Shown: piece after piece, positions 31,290 to 40,595 of the stretch
How the letters are laid out: every line of letters begins with the position of its first letter
Numbering within the stretch: position 1 is the first letter of the stretch
Assembly: GCA_963745035.1 (NCBI GenBank)
Contig: CAVUVW010000025.1
Location: 1 to 64,000 of the forward strand
Source: an uncultured delta proteobacterium
Lineage (GTDB): Bacteria > Desulfobacterota > Binatia > UBA9968
Direction of reading: 5' to 3'
DNA length: 64,000 nucleotides
Position numbers and translations under genes: made by a program
The notes under the pieces: model-generated
What the model saw: only the letters and a program-made list of their open reading frames with translations
Database searches by the model: none
Told to the model about the DNA's origin: nothing

Positions 31290-31346
31290 ATAGACGATGG
31301 AGGATCGGAAGACGGCTTATCGTCCATCCTCGATCTTCGATCCTTT
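31290..31346. repeat. Heptamer-based palindromic element (GAGGATG/CATCCTC family)
   Basis: GACGATGGAGGATCG...TCGTCCATCCTCGATCTTCGATCC; larger copy at 58522-58604. Confidence 0.6.
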
Positions 31347-31355
31347 CGACTTGAA

Positions 31356-31889
31356 TCAGTACTTGAGTCCCAAGTCTCCGGTCGGCTCGCCGGGCTTCCA
31401 ATCGGAGGGGCAGAGCCGATCGGTGCGGAGTGCTTTGAGCACGCGCAAGGTCTCTTCCACGCTGCGGCCGACGTTGACATGGCTGACGACCTGGTAGGAA
31501 ATCACCGCGTCCGGATTGATCACGAAAGTGGCGCGCAGCGAAACATTTTCTCTTTCATCGAGCACGCCGTAGGCTCGGCTGAGCGCGCGATCCGGGTCGC
31601 TGAGCAGGGGGTACTGCAACCCGCCCAGCTCTTTGGCCCACGAGCGATGACTTTCCACGTCATCCACGCTCACGCCGAGGATCGCGGCGTTTTCACTGGC
31701 GAACTCTTGGGCGAGCTTGCTGAAACCGACCACTTCAGTCGGACAGATAAACGTAAAGTCCGCGGGATAAAAAAACAGCACGAGCCATTTGCCTTTGTAC
31801 GCCACCAGCGTGTAATCGCCGGCTTCGCCTTGGAACACGCCTTTGGCGCGGAATTCCGGCGCCCTGTCACCGACGCGCGGTGCGCTCAT
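31356..31889 (-). CDS. ahpC: Typical 2-Cys peroxiredoxin
   Basis: FFYPADFTFICPTE, GRSVEETLRVL, resolving LCPSDWKPG. Confidence 0.92.
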   Translation of the reverse strand: MSAPRVGDRAPEFRAKGVFQGEAGDYTLVAYKGKWLVLFFYPADFTFICPTEVVGFSKLAQEFASENAAILGVSVDDVESHRSWAKELGGLQYPLLSDPDRALSRAYGVLDERENVSLRATFVINPDAVISYQVVSHVNVGRSVEETLRVLKALRTDRLCPSDWKPGEPTGDLGLKY

Positions 31890-31908
31890 GTTTTGCTCCC
31901 CGCAAGCT

Positions 31909-32592
31909 TCAAGAGTTGCTCTGCCACAGCGAAAAACCGCCCTTGTGATTCTGCGCCGACTGCGTGTTAAACCAGCTTTCCTCGACGCTGCCCGCGTGGA
32001 GCAATCCAAAGAAGTAAATTCGCAGCATCTGCTCGATCAACTGCGGGAACGGCAGGTCGCGCTTGGGCTGATACCAGGTATAAATCCAGTTCATCATGCC
32101 GAACAACGCGAACGTCGCGAGGCGCAAATCGATCGCTTTGGCGCCCTCTTTTCTTTGCAGCTCGCCCAGCAAGTCCATGATGACTTTCACGTAACGGCGC
32201 TTGAGCACGAGGATCTTGTCTTGATACTCGCCGGTCAACGACTCGTCTTCGTGCGCCATCACTTTCATCTCCGGCATGTTGTGCAAAAAGAAGCCGAGAT
32301 GATTTTCCGCGAAGGCGCGAATCCGCGCGCGCACATCGATCTGCGGATCGACCGCTTCCTCCCAGCGCTGGAGCAAGGTCACGAAGCAGCGTTCCTGGAT
32401 CAAGTAGAGCAATTCCTCTTTGGTCGTAAAATAGTAATACAAGCCGGAAAGGCTCATCTTGGTCGCGCGCGCGATGTCGCGCACCGAGGTATGATGAAAT
32501 CCTTTTTCAGCGAAGATTTTGGCCGAAGTCTTGAGGATCCGCTGAAGTTTTTCGTCGTACTGGCGAGTCGCCGGCTCAATGCGATTGGACAT
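31909..32592 (-). CDS. TetR family regulator (PaaR/KstR2-like), divergent from the paa genes
   Basis: IFAEKGFHHTSVRDIARATKMSLSGLYYYFTTKEELL; GMMNWIYTWY. Confidence 0.9.
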   Translation of the reverse strand: MSNRIEPATRQYDEKLQRILKTSAKIFAEKGFHHTSVRDIARATKMSLSGLYYYFTTKEELLYLIQERCFVTLLQRWEEAVDPQIDVRARIRAFAENHLGFFLHNMPEMKVMAHEDESLTGEYQDKILVLKRRYVKVIMDLLGELQRKEGAKAIDLRLATFALFGMMNWIYTWYQPKRDLPFPQLIEQMLRIYFFGLLHAGSVEESWFNTQSAQNHKGGFSLWQSNS

Positions 32593-32780
32593 GGGCAGAG
32601 TGGATCTTTGCAAATCGGTTTCAGGCTGTCAAACGAGCAAAGCGTGGGATCTTGATCTCTTCTATGCCAACACTCTCTCGCCGCGGAAGACAGCCCACGA
32701 ATGATTCCGAAGGTTTCCGCCCGCCAAACTTCCTTGAATCACCCCCGACCATGGTGTATCTCTAAAGGCGCGATTCCACC

Positions 32781-33554
32781 ATGAATTTCGAGAATGTCAT
32801 CGTCGAAACAGACGGCGCCATCGGAGTCGTCACCCTCAATCGCCCGCAGGCGCTGAACGCGCTTTCTTACGCGCTGGTGAAAGACCTTTCGCTGGCGATG
32901 CAGGAGCTGGACCGGGATAAGGATGTTCGCGTCATCATCGTCACCGGCGGCGAAAAGGTATTTGCCGCCGGCGCCGACATCAAGGAAATGGCCGATCGCG
33001 GGCCGTTCGACGAGCGCATTCACGAGCGGCTCGGCTACCGCGACCAGATCAACAAGATCGCCAAGCCGGTGATCGCGGCGGTGAGCGGTTTCGCGCTCGG
33101 CGGCGGCTGCGAGCTGGCGATGAGCTGCGATATCATTATCGCCTCGGAGACTGCACGCTTCGGGCAGCCCGAGGTCAACCTCGGCATCATTCCGGGCAGC
33201 GGCGGCACGCAAAGGCTGACCCATCTCGTCGGCAAGCATCGCGCCATGGAGTTGGTATTGACCGGCGAGATCATCAACGCCGTCGACGCGGAACGCTTCG
33301 GCTTGATCAATCGCGTGGTGCCGGTCGAGTTGCTGTTGGAAGAGGCGAAAAACATCGCCAAGAAAATCGTCGCGAAGCCCGCGCTGGCGATCAAAGAAGC
33401 CAAGGAAGCCGTGCTCAAGGCCGCCAACACCGCGCTCGACGAAGGTTTGGAATTCGAGCGCAAGGCGTTTTACCTCCTGTTCGCCTCCGAGGACCGCACG
33501 GAAGGCATGAAGGCATTCCTGGAAAAACGCAAACCCGAGTTCAAAGGCAAATAG
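32781..33554 (+). CDS. paaF: Enoyl-CoA hydratase (PaaF-like)
   Basis: [45 protein letters not shown]; cluster context. Confidence 0.85.
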   Translation: MNFENVIVETDGAIGVVTLNRPQALNALSYALVKDLSLAMQELDRDKDVRVIIVTGGEKVFAAGADIKEMADRGPFDERIHERLGYRDQINKIAKPVIAAVSGFALGGGCELAMSCDIIIASETARFGQPEVNLGIIPGSGGTQRLTHLVGKHRAMELVLTGEIINAVDAERFGLINRVVPVELLLEEAKNIAKKIVAKPALAIKEAKEAVLKAANTALDEGLEFERKAFYLLFASEDRTEGMKAFLEKRKPEFKGK

Positions 33555-33570
33555 CCGGCGAGACGATCCC

Positions 33571-34350
33571 GTGGCCCCGGAAACCATCCTCTACGAAAAG
33601 CAAGGCGGCGTTGCGACCATTACGCTTAACCGCCCGCAGGCATTGAACGCATTCGTGCCGCAGATGAACAAGGAAGTGCTCGACGCGCTGCGCGACGGCG
33701 AGCGCGACAAAGAGGTGCGCTGCTTGATGATCACCGGCGCGGGACGGGCATTTTGCGCCGGGCAAGACTTGAAGGGCCGCACGCCCGAGCAGAAGGGATC
33801 CTTGGGAGCGTCGCTGCGCGAGAAGTACAACCCGATGATCCGCCAGATCCGCCAGATGGAAAAAATCGTCATCGCGGCGGTAAACGGCGTGGCGGCCGGC
33901 GCCGGCTGCAATCTAGCTCTCGCTTGCGATCTGCGCGTGGCTTCCGAAGAAGCAAAATTCATCCAGTCTTTTGTCCGCGTCGGCTTGGCGCCGGATTCGG
34001 GCGGCAGCTTCATCCTGCCCCGTCTCGTCGGCGTGAGCAAAGCGATGGAGCTGCTCCTGCTCGGCGATACCGTGGACGCCAAGGAGGCGCAGCGCATCGG
34101 ACTGGTCGCGCGGGTTTTCCCAGCAGCGGAGTTTGCCGCCTCCGCGCGAACCATCGCCGAGCAAGTCGCCCGCGCTCCGCGCGGCATCGGCCTCATCAAG
34201 CGCGCCGTCAATCACGCCAACTTGCCGTCTCTGGAGAACGATCTCGAATACGAAGCGCACTTGCAGGAAATCGCCGGCCGGAGCGCGGATTACGATGAAG
34301 GCGTAAAGGCGTTTTTGGAAAAACGAAACCCGGTGTTTACCGGTAAATAG
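33571..34350 (+). CDS. paaG: Enoyl-CoA isomerase (PaaG-like)
   Basis: AFCAGQDL, YNPMIR, NGVAAGAGCNLALACD, VGLAPDSGGS. Confidence 0.85.
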   Translation: MAPETILYEKQGGVATITLNRPQALNAFVPQMNKEVLDALRDGERDKEVRCLMITGAGRAFCAGQDLKGRTPEQKGSLGASLREKYNPMIRQIRQMEKIVIAAVNGVAAGAGCNLALACDLRVASEEAKFIQSFVRVGLAPDSGGSFILPRLVGVSKAMELLLLGDTVDAKEAQRIGLVARVFPAAEFAASARTIAEQVARAPRGIGLIKRAVNHANLPSLENDLEYEAHLQEIAGRSADYDEGVKAFLEKRNPVFTGK

Positions 34351-34425
34351 TCTCCTGTCCAGAGCCCAGGGTCTCGTGTCTTTCACTCGAGACGCGAGAC
34401 GCTCAACCCGAGACCGGAAATTATA

Positions 34426-35292
34426 ATGACTGACAAGACCGAAAAAATCGCCGTACTTGGCGCCGGCACCATGGGCGCGGGCATCGCCCAGGTCGCCGCG
34501 CAAGCCGGTTTTCAAACCTTCGTCTACGACGTCCAGCAGGAGTTTATCGACGCCGGCTTGAATCGCGTGAAGAATTTTCTCAAAGGCAGCCGTGAGCGCG
34601 GCAAGCTCAGCGCCGAGCAGGAAAACGAAATCCTCGACCGCTTCACCGCCTCGACCAAGCTGGAGGATTGCAAGGGCTCAACGCTGGTCATCGAAGCAGC
34701 GCCGGAGAAACTCGAGTTGAAGCGTGATATTTTCAAGCGACTCGACTCGATCTGCGCGCCGGAAACCCTGCTGGCGAGCAATACCTCGTCGTTCAGTGTC
34801 ACGGCGATTGCCGCGAGCACGCACCATCAAGAGCGCGTGTTGGGCCTGCACTTTTTCAATCCGCCGCCGCTGATGGCGCTGGTCGAAGTGATTCAAGGCG
34901 ACCGCACCAGCGACGCGACCGTGGAAAAAGCGACCGAGCTGATGCGCGCTTTGGGCAAGACTCCGGCGCGTGCCAAGGATACACCGGGCTTCATCGTCAA
35001 TCGCGTCGCCCGACCGTTTTACAACGAGGGCCTGCGCATTCTCGGCGACGGCGGCGCTTCGGTGGAAACCATCGACCGCATCATGAGAGAAGCCGGCAAC
35101 TTCCGCATGGGCCCCTTCGAGCTCATGGACTTGATCGGCAACGACATCAATTTTGCCGCCACCGAATCGCTCTACCGCTCGTTCTTCGAAGATCCGCGCT
35201 TTCGCCCGAGCCCGATCCAGCAGCGTATGGTGATGGGCGGCAACCTGGGGCGCAAGAGCGGCCGCGGTTTTTACAGCTATGACAAAAAGTAG
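34426..35292 (+). CDS. paaH: 3-hydroxyacyl-CoA dehydrogenase (PaaH N-terminal half)
   Basis: GAGTMGAGIA, IEAAPE, SNTSS, GLHFFNPPPLM, DTPGFIVNRVARPFY, GPFELMDLIG. Confidence 0.88.
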   Translation: MTDKTEKIAVLGAGTMGAGIAQVAAQAGFQTFVYDVQQEFIDAGLNRVKNFLKGSRERGKLSAEQENEILDRFTASTKLEDCKGSTLVIEAAPEKLELKRDIFKRLDSICAPETLLASNTSSFSVTAIAASTHHQERVLGLHFFNPPPLMALVEVIQGDRTSDATVEKATELMRALGKTPARAKDTPGFIVNRVARPFYNEGLRILGDGGASVETIDRIMREAGNFRMGPFELMDLIGNDINFAATESLYRSFFEDPRFRPSPIQQRMVMGGNLGRKSGRGFYSYDKK

Positions 35293-36025
35293 TCTCGCCG
35301 TCGTCGGCGACAATCGGCTCGCCGAAGAGCTGCTCGCCCTCGCGAAAGAAAAGGGCGTGGAGGCGAATCGGGTCAGCGACGCCGCCGCGCTCGCCCCGGC
35401 AGTAAGTATCGTGATCGACACGGAGAGCGGCGCGGAAGATCGCAAGCGCGCTTTGCTGCAGCGCCTCGACGCCGCTCTGCCCGCTTCCGCGCTGCTCGTC
35501 ACTTCGTGCTTGAGGTTCGGCACGACCCGCATGGCTTCATGGCTAAAAAATCCCGAGCGCCTCGTCGGCTTCGCCACATTCTTTCCGCTGAAGGACCGGC
35601 AGTTGATCGAATTGGCCGGCGGCTTGCGCACGAGCGAGATTTTTCTCAAGCAGGCCGGAGAGCTATTCCAAGCGCTCGGCAAGGAGAGCGTCTTCGTCAA
35701 AGATACCGCCGGGCTTACTTTTCCGCGTATTTTGAGCTTAATTATCAACGAGGCCGCGCGCAGCCTGGAAGAAGGCGTGGCGAGCGCCGCGGAGATCGAC
35801 GTGGCCATGCGGCTCGGCGTCAATTATCCGCAAGGACCGTTGCGCTGGGCCGATCGGATCGGTCTCGATGAGGTGCTCGCCGTGCTCGAAGGCTTGGAGC
35901 GCGAGACCGGCGACGACCGCTACCGGCCGGCGCCGCTGCTGAAGAGACTCGTGATCGCGGGGTTCCTCGGCGAAGCCAGCGGCAAGGGATTTTATTCGTA
36001 TCACGAAGGACAGGTGAAGCCATGA
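35279..36025 (+). CDS. 3-hydroxyacyl-CoA dehydrogenase-like protein (PaaH C-terminal half)
   Basis: Degenerate NAD domain, then IINEAA, IDVAMRLGVNYPQGPL, RYRPAPLL. Confidence 0.82.
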   Translation: MTKSSLAVVGDNRLAEELLALAKEKGVEANRVSDAAALAPAVSIVIDTESGAEDRKRALLQRLDAALPASALLVTSCLRFGTTRMASWLKNPERLVGFATFFPLKDRQLIELAGGLRTSEIFLKQAGELFQALGKESVFVKDTAGLTFPRILSLIINEAARSLEEGVASAAEIDVAMRLGVNYPQGPLRWADRIGLDEVLAVLEGLERETGDDRYRPAPLLKRLVIAGFLGEASGKGFYSYHEGQVKP

Positions 36026-37224
36026 GAGAAGCCGTCATCGTCGAGGCCGTGCGCACACCCATGGGGCGCCACGGCGGCATCCTGAAAGATATTCGCACCG
36101 ACGACTTGGGCGCTTACATTATCGCCAAGCTGGTGGAGAAGACCGGTGTCGACAAGGACGCGATCGAAGACGTCTATTTCGGCTGCACCAATCAGGCCGG
36201 CGAAGACTCGCGCAACGTCGCGCGCAACGCCTCGCTGCTCGCCGGTCTGCCGTACACGATTCCCGGCGCGACGGTGAACCGCCTGTGCGGCTCGGGCCTC
36301 GAAGCGATCAATCAGGCCGGCCGCGCCGTCGAGACCGACTGCGGCGATCTCTTCGTCGCGGGCGGCGTGGAAAGCATGACGCGCGGGCCGTGGGTGATGG
36401 GCAAACCGGCCAATTCTTTTCAACGCGGTGACGTGCAGATGTACGACAGCTCGCTCGGCTGGCGCTTTCCGAACCAGCGCATGGGCGAGTTGTATTCGCT
36501 GATCAACAACGGCGAGACCGCAGAGAACGTCGCAGAAAAGTATCACGTCAGTCGCGAAGACCAGGACAAGCTCGCGCTCGCGAGCCACCAAAAAGCCGTG
36601 CAGGCGCAAAAAGACGGCCGGCTCAGAGATGAAATCATCCCGGTGGAAATTCCTCAGCGCAAAGGCGCGCCGCTCGTCCATGACAAAGACGAAGGACCGC
36701 GCTCGGACACCACTTTCGAAATCCTCGCCGGCCTGCAGCCTTCATTTAAAAAGGGCGGCACAGTGACCGCCGGCAACTCTTCGCCGCTGTCGGACGGCGC
36801 CGCCGCCTTGCTGGTCACCACGCCGCAGAAAGCCGAACAGTTGAAGCTCAAACCGCTGGCGCGCATCGTCGCTTCCGCCACCGCCGGGGTTCACCCGAAT
36901 TACATGGGCATCGGACCGATCCCGGCGACCGAAAAAGCGCTCAAGCGCGCCGGTCTCACGATCGAACAGATCGATCTGGTCGAGCTCAACGAGGCGTTCG
37001 CCTCACAGGTGCTCGCCTGCGCGCGCGAGCTCGGCATCGATTTGAACAAGCTCAACGTCAACGGCGGCGCCATCGCCCTGGGGCATCCCCTCGGCTGCAG
37101 CGGCGCGCGGCTCATGGCGACCTTGGTCCACGAAATGAAACGGCGCGGCAGCCGCTACGGCCTGGCGACCATGTGCATCGGCGTCGGCCAGGGCATCGCA
37201 ACCATCGTCGAGCGCATACACTGA
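36022..37224 (+). CDS. paaJ: Thiolase (3-oxoadipyl-CoA thiolase, PaaJ/PcaF-like)
   Basis: NQAGEDSRNVAR, NRLCGSG, NEAF, GGAIALGHPLG, MCIGVGQG. Confidence 0.88.
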   Translation: MREAVIVEAVRTPMGRHGGILKDIRTDDLGAYIIAKLVEKTGVDKDAIEDVYFGCTNQAGEDSRNVARNASLLAGLPYTIPGATVNRLCGSGLEAINQAGRAVETDCGDLFVAGGVESMTRGPWVMGKPANSFQRGDVQMYDSSLGWRFPNQRMGELYSLINNGETAENVAEKYHVSREDQDKLALASHQKAVQAQKDGRLRDEIIPVEIPQRKGAPLVHDKDEGPRSDTTFEILAGLQPSFKKGGTVTAGNSSPLSDGAAALLVTTPQKAEQLKLKPLARIVASATAGVHPNYMGIGPIPATEKALKRAGLTIEQIDLVELNEAFASQVLACARELGIDLNKLNVNGGAIALGHPLGCSGARLMATLVHEMKRRGSRYGLATMCIGVGQGIATIVERIH

Positions 37225-37357
37225 GAACCGCAATCCGGAAACGGCGCCCGCGGCCCGCGGGGCCAACTGCCTTCGGCGCCGGTTGCAAGCCGGATTGCGC
37301 GCTGGCCGCCGCGCCGTCCCTTCATCGTACGGCTTCCGGGCCGCCGTTGCCGGCGTG

Positions 37358-40021
37358 ATGAAAAGCCTGCGCAAACCGTTGCTGCTGCTCGTCGCCGTCG
37401 TGGTGCTGGTCGCCGCCGGCCTGGTCGAGTCATTCAATCTCCTCGCCGCCAGACACCGCGACCAGGTCAACCAGGAACTGCAAAAGGTCCTCGGCCAGGA
37501 CGTGAGCTTCGAGAGCCTGGAGGTCAATCTCTGGGGTAGACCGGGTTTCGTCGCCACCGAGTTTCGCATCGCCGACGACAGCCGATTCGCGGCCACCCCG
37601 GTGGTGCGCGCGCGCGAGCTGGTTCTCGGCGTGAGTTTATGGAATCTATTGCTGGGTCGGCTGGTGATCACCTCGCTGACGTTTGACCGGCCCGAGTTTC
37701 AAATCATCACCGACGAAACCGGCCGGATGAATCTCAGCGCTTTGATTCAGCGCAAGGCGGAGTTGCGAAAATTTCCCAGTTTGCGGCCGGCGGCGCCCGA
37801 CCGCACGCCGATCCCGGTAAGTTTTTTCATCGACGAAGTCGCCGTCAAGCAGGGGCGCATCGATTACATCGACCGCTCAGTCCGGCAGCCTGCGGAGCTG
37901 CGCGTGAGAAACGTTTCCATGCGGCTCAGCGGTTTCCAGCCGGATCAAGCGACCCGCATCGAGCTCGGCGCGTCGTTGACCGAGGGCCTCGGTCAAGACG
38001 TGCGCATCGGCGGCGAGCTCGCGCCGTCGCCGGAGAACCGCTCATGGATGCAGCGGGGCGTCGATCTAAACGTGCAGATCGATTCGCTCCACGTGCCGGT
38101 GGTCGCGCGTGCGATCGCCGCCCTGCGCGACAAAATCCCCGGCGAGCTCGACGTGACCGGTCCCATGGCGCTGCGGATGCAGGCGCGCGGCACGTTGGAG
38201 CGCCCGCGCCTGGAAGAGGTCACGCTCAGGATCCCGCTCTTTGGCTCGACCGAATACAACGCGGTCATTACCGGCGCGGTGAAATTCACTGAGCGGCGCT
38301 CCTGGGAAGAGGCCGGCCTCGACGGCAAGCTGACCATTGACCCGCTGTCGCTCGGCCGGGTGCGCAGTCTTGCTATTTTCGAAACGATTCTGCCCGCCGA
38401 TCTGATCAGCGAAGGCGGCGTCAGAATCGCCAGCCGCTTTGAAGGAACCTGGGAGAATCTCCGCATCGGCGCTTTGGTAGTCGCCGACAAGGCCGAGCTT
38501 CGTTACAAAAGCTGGCTGCACAAGCGCGCCGAAGCGCCTGCGGCGGTTCGCGCCCGCATCTCGAAAACCAAACAGGGTCTGATTTTTCATCCGTCGGAGC
38601 TGGACATCGGCGCGCAGAGGTTGAATTTTTCCGGCGGCGTCACGAACGGGCTCGCGCCGCGCCTCCAGATAAAGTTTCACGGCCGGAACGGTTCGGTGCC
38701 GGGCTGGGATCGATTTTTGAGCGCGCCGGGGCTGCAAGCGACGGCGGGAAAAGTCGATCTCGACGTGACGGCTACCAAAAGTTTGAGCGCCGCCGATTCC
38801 GGTTGGGACCTGCGCGGGACGGTCAAGCTCGACAACGCCGCGCTTAAGCATCACGCCAGCGGCCGCAGCTTTGACAATCTTCAGGCGCGGATCGCGCTTG
38901 AAGGCACGAAGGCGCGGGTACAAAACGGCCGCCTGCGCTTGGGGAAATCGACCCTCTTCCTCGACGGCACTGTCGCCGAGCTGATTGAGCCGCGGCTCGA
39001 AGCTACGTTTCGCGCCCATGATTTGAATCTCGCCGATTTGCCGGGATTCAACGAACATCCGTCGGTGCGGCTGAAAAACGCGAGCGCTCAGACGGAAATT
39101 ATTTCCGAGGACAATCACTGGCTGCTGATCGGTTCATTGACCGCGGCCGAGGGGAATCTGAACAATTGGCCGCTGCGCGACGTGCGCGCCGATATCGAGC
39201 TGGAGCCCGAGGGCCTGACGTTCAGGAACTTTCAGGCGCGGGCGTTCAATGGCGTTTTGCGCGCCGACGGTTTTTGGCCCGCGGCCGGCGGCCAGGCAGG
39301 CCAGCTTGCGGTCTCTTCGCGGATTGATGCGCTCGACATGCGCGCTCTGCTCGTCCACTGGCTTCCGCCGCTGCGCGACCGGTTCGCGGGCCGGCTCGAC
39401 GGCCAGGCGCGCTTCGAAGTCGCGGGCGCCGACGGAGCCGGCGTGAAAGAGGCGCTCATCGGTTCCGGCGAGGCGCACATCCGGAACGGGACGCTCCGAG
39501 ACTTCAACCTGGCCAACCAACTCCTTCTCAAAGGCAGCGAGAGCTCGGCGTCCGCCGACTCGATGGCACGCATACCGGCCGGATTCGCGGCTCTGTTCGA
39601 TCACCGCGACACGGTGCTCGAATCGATCAAGGCGGATTTCAAAATCGAACAAAAGCGGGTTCTCAGCGACAACCTGGTCATCACCACGCCCGACTACACG
39701 ATTACGGGAGCCGGCTGGGTGGGCTTTGATCGCTCGACCCGATGGAACGGTCTGCTCGTCTTGTCGCCGCGCCTGACGCAGGAAGTTCAGCGCGACTACC
39801 GCGGCATTCGCTACCTGCTTGACCGCCGGGGATCGCTGTCGATCGCGTTTCGCGTCGAGGGCCGGATTCCCGACCTCTCCATCCGTCTGGAGAACCGCGC
39901 CCTCGCCCAGACGCTGCGTTCCGGCGCCGGCCCAAAGGACGCCGATGGTCAGGACGGTGAAACCAGCAGAGAAGGGAAAAACTGGCTCCCCGACGCCCTC
40001 GAACGCTTTCTCAATCGTTAG
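37358..40021 (+). CDS. AsmA-like family protein
   Basis: N-terminal TM anchor, long beta-rich body, AsmA-like C-terminal region. Confidence 0.82.
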   Translation: MKSLRKPLLLLVAVVVLVAAGLVESFNLLAARHRDQVNQELQKVLGQDVSFESLEVNLWGRPGFVATEFRIADDSRFAATPVVRARELVLGVSLWNLLLGRLVITSLTFDRPEFQIITDETGRMNLSALIQRKAELRKFPSLRPAAPDRTPIPVSFFIDEVAVKQGRIDYIDRSVRQPAELRVRNVSMRLSGFQPDQATRIELGASLTEGLGQDVRIGGELAPSPENRSWMQRGVDLNVQIDSLHVPVVARAIAALRDKIPGELDVTGPMALRMQARGTLERPRLEEVTLRIPLFGSTEYNAVITGAVKFTERRSWEEAGLDGKLTIDPLSLGRVRSLAIFETILPADLISEGGVRIASRFEGTWENLRIGALVVADKAELRYKSWLHKRAEAPAAVRARISKTKQGLIFHPSELDIGAQRLNFSGGVTNGLAPRLQIKFHGRNGSVPGWDRFLSAPGLQATAGKVDLDVTATKSLSAADSGWDLRGTVKLDNAALKHHASGRSFDNLQARIALEGTKARVQNGRLRLGKSTLFLDGTVAELIEPRLEATFRAHDLNLADLPGFNEHPSVRLKNASAQTEIISEDNHWLLIGSLTAAEGNLNNWPLRDVRADIELEPEGLTFRNFQARAFNGVLRADGFWPAAGGQAGQLAVSSRIDALDMRALLVHWLPPLRDRFAGRLDGQARFEVAGADGAGVKEALIGSGEAHIRNGTLRDFNLANQLLLKGSESSASADSMARIPAGFAALFDHRDTVLESIKADFKIEQKRVLSDNLVITTPDYTITGAGWVGFDRSTRWNGLLVLSPRLTQEVQRDYRGIRYLLDRRGSLSIAFRVEGRIPDLSIRLENRALAQTLRSGAGPKDADGQDGETSREGKNWLPDALERFLNR

Positions 40022-40032
40022 GAGAATCTCAC

Positions 40033-40311
40033 TTGGATTTGCACGACATCTATCTTGAGTTGTCCCCCGCACACATCGCTTACGTAAAGTTCATCTTCGA
40101 GTCCTACGAGGAAGTGGGCATCATCCGCACGATCGACAATCGCAAGGCCATCGTCGTACTGCTGGCGATGGCCGACTTTGTCGAGACCGCGCGTGCCATT
40201 CTCGACTCCATTCGGGACGACATCCCGTTGCGCGAAATCCCCCGACCTGCCGCCATGAAAGACGATTGGTTTATGGCCGAGCTGATCGCGGAGTCGGCGC
40301 TGACGCACTAG
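40033..40311 (+). CDS. DUF4911-like small protein
   Basis: IAYVKFIFESYEEVGIIRTID motif; AGGAG RBS with TTG start. Confidence 0.75.
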   Translation: MDLHDIYLELSPAHIAYVKFIFESYEEVGIIRTIDNRKAIVVLLAMADFVETARAILDSIRDDIPLREIPRPAAMKDDWFMAELIAESALTH

Positions 40312-40595
40312 TCTTTCCCGCCCTTCAGCGCCGGCAAAAAGCAACCATCCCATCGGATTCTACAGCCGCACTTGGCTCAGCGGCGCGGGCGCGTCTGGAG
40401 TCGTGAAGACACTCAAGTGTGCGGCCACAAAGTTTTGTCACGCTTTTACAAGCTCGCTCCGGCGGCGCTCCGAGGCAGAAAAGCATTGTCTTCACGTCGG
40501 AAGGATTGCCCCTCGCGGTTTTGCTCCGGCTTGCGCGAAGGGAAGTTCGGCGGGTCGATTGCAAAGCCACCCGTTCCGGCTATGCTCGATGAATC

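Noticed and set aside
31356-31889. Peroxiredoxin as a second selenoprotein
   Set aside because: Both catalytic positions are ordinary Cys codons; no in-frame TGA
37225-37305. Hairpin after paaJ as an intrinsic terminator
   Set aside because: GCAATCCGG/CCGGATTGC arms are present, but the loop region is long and there is no U-tract
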